NCBI GenBank assembly: GCA_024640625.1 | Contig: JAHEER010000030.1 | Span: forward strand, 13,373-37,372 | DNA: 24,000 nt | Reading direction: 5' to 3' | DNA from: Desulfobulbaceae bacterium | GTDB lineage: Bacteria; Desulfobacterota; Desulfobulbia; Desulfobulbales; Desulfocapsaceae | Part shown: positions 23,260 through 24,000 of the stretch, one piece after another | Position numbering within the stretch: the first letter of the stretch is position 1 | Layout: each line of letters opens with the position of its first letter | Made by a program: the position numbers and the translations under genes | Notes under the pieces: generated by a model | Database searches by the model: none | What the model was told of the DNA's origin: nothing | What the model saw: only the letters and a program-made list of their open reading frames with translations

Positions 23260-24000
23260 ATGCGTTGTCCTAAATGTGGTTACATCTCATTTGATAATGT
23301 TGAAAAGTGTTTGAAATGCCGAAAGAATATCGCTGATGCATCAAAACTTTTCCAAGGCAGTGTCCTTAATGTGACCACACCGGTGTTTCTGAAACTCGTC
23401 CCCGATGAAGAAGACGCCGGAGACGTGGAGATCCCTCAGGACGATCTCGAAGTCGCCGAAGAGGATTTCGAGATCAGCGATCCGGACCTGGACATCCTGC
23501 TTGAAGAGGAAGAGGGCGGCACGGCAGAAGTGCAGCTTGAGATGGATGAGGATTTCGATCCTTCGGCCCTGGACCAGCTCAACGACGATCTCAGCGAAAT
23601 AGAGGCCTTTACCGATGAAGACGCCGGGGAGGAGACGGTTTCGGAACTAGGTGGGCTCGACGAGATCGAGATGGAGCAGGCCTTCGGCGAAGAACAACCG
23701 GATGAAGAACTGAGCCTCGATGTGCCCGACGAGCTGGCCGATCTTTCCGATCTGTCGCCGCCTGAGAAGGCCCCTGAAACTGTGGAGGCCCCGGTTGAAA
23801 GCGAGGTCGATCTTGACTTTGGCGATCTGGTCGAAGAGTTTGACGAGAAAGCGCCGGCCGCTGCCGCTGGCGCCGCAGCTGGAGCTGCAGCCTCGGAACC
23901 GAAGAAGGAAAAAAAGAAGACGCTCAGCCTCGACCTGGACGAAGACCTCGATTTCGATCTCGACCTTGGCGGCCTGTCGATCCATGATGATGACAAGTAG
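23260..24000 (+). CDS. Zinc-ribbon protein with a long polyacidic, low-complexity tail
   Basis: N-terminus MRCPKCGYISFDNVEKCLKCRKNI (CxxC-x12-CxxC). The remaining ~210 aa are dominated by D/E/L, with an Ala-rich patch (APAAAAGAAAGAAA), a KKEKKK patch and a terminal LDLDEDLDFDLDLGGLSIHDDDK. GAGGG Shine-Dalgarno 7 nt upstream. The stop is the last codon of the window. Confidence 0.7.
   Translation: MRCPKCGYISFDNVEKCLKCRKNIADASKLFQGSVLNVTTPVFLKLVPDEEDAGDVEIPQDDLEVAEEDFEISDPDLDILLEEEEGGTAEVQLEMDEDFDPSALDQLNDDLSEIEAFTDEDAGEETVSELGGLDEIEMEQAFGEEQPDEELSLDVPDELADLSDLSPPEKAPETVEAPVESEVDLDFGDLVEEFDEKAPAAAAGAAAGAAASEPKKEKKKTLSLDLDEDLDFDLDLGGLSIHDDDK

Noticed and set aside
1-24000. Search for CRISPR arrays, IS elements, integrases, phage genes, toxin-antitoxin pairs or obvious defence systems
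   Set aside because: I saw no regularly spaced repeats, no transposase- or recombinase-like ORFs, no terminal inverted repeats flanking a gene block, and no tRNA that could serve as an integration site. The window reads as core or accessory chromosome rather than a mobile island.

Overview
GC-rich chromosomal segment (GC not computed). The gene content looks like an anaerobic, selenium-using Deltaproteobacteria-type organism, possibly Desulfobulbales or Desulfuromonadales, but that lineage is only a guess from content. I can support 25 protein-coding genes. I found no rRNA or tRNA genes, no CRISPR array, and no transposase, integrase or phage genes. Left to right: (1) the 5' end of a glycyl-radical-enzyme activase; (2) a nickel superoxide dismutase whose pre-sequence looks like a Sec signal peptide; (3) a four-gene Tro/Ytg-type metal ABC importer operon on the minus strand, whose only permease is fused to a DtxR-family repressor domain and which carries an orphan membrane-anchored gene; (4) a CBS-pair protein; (5) a Mut7-C/Mth938 gene pair; (6) rubrerythrin; (7) selU, pirin and selD, where selD has an in-frame TGA (selenocysteine) and a SECIS-like hairpin, so the ORF track misses its first 46 codons; (8) a VKOR-thioredoxin fusion; (9) an uncharacterised membrane-associated cluster of a small membrane protein, a COG4671-like glycosyltransferase, a polytopic membrane protein, an NRDE/TANGO2-family protein, and a DedA(VTT)-ATP-grasp fusion; (10) an Atg22/UMF1-type MFS transporter with a small overlapping upstream ORF; (11) housekeeping genes for a dGTPase-like HD protein, valS and nadC; (12) a zinc-ribbon protein with a very acidic tail. 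Non-coding signals include an identical 13-nt palindromic Fur/PerR-like box in front of rubrerythrin and in the sodN/activase divergent region, a 25-bp nested palindrome between two convergent genes, and several hairpins. The best candidates for something new are the permease-repressor fusion operon and the NRDE plus DedA-ATP-grasp cluster. All family assignments come from motif recognition by eye and need HMM or BLAST confirmation.
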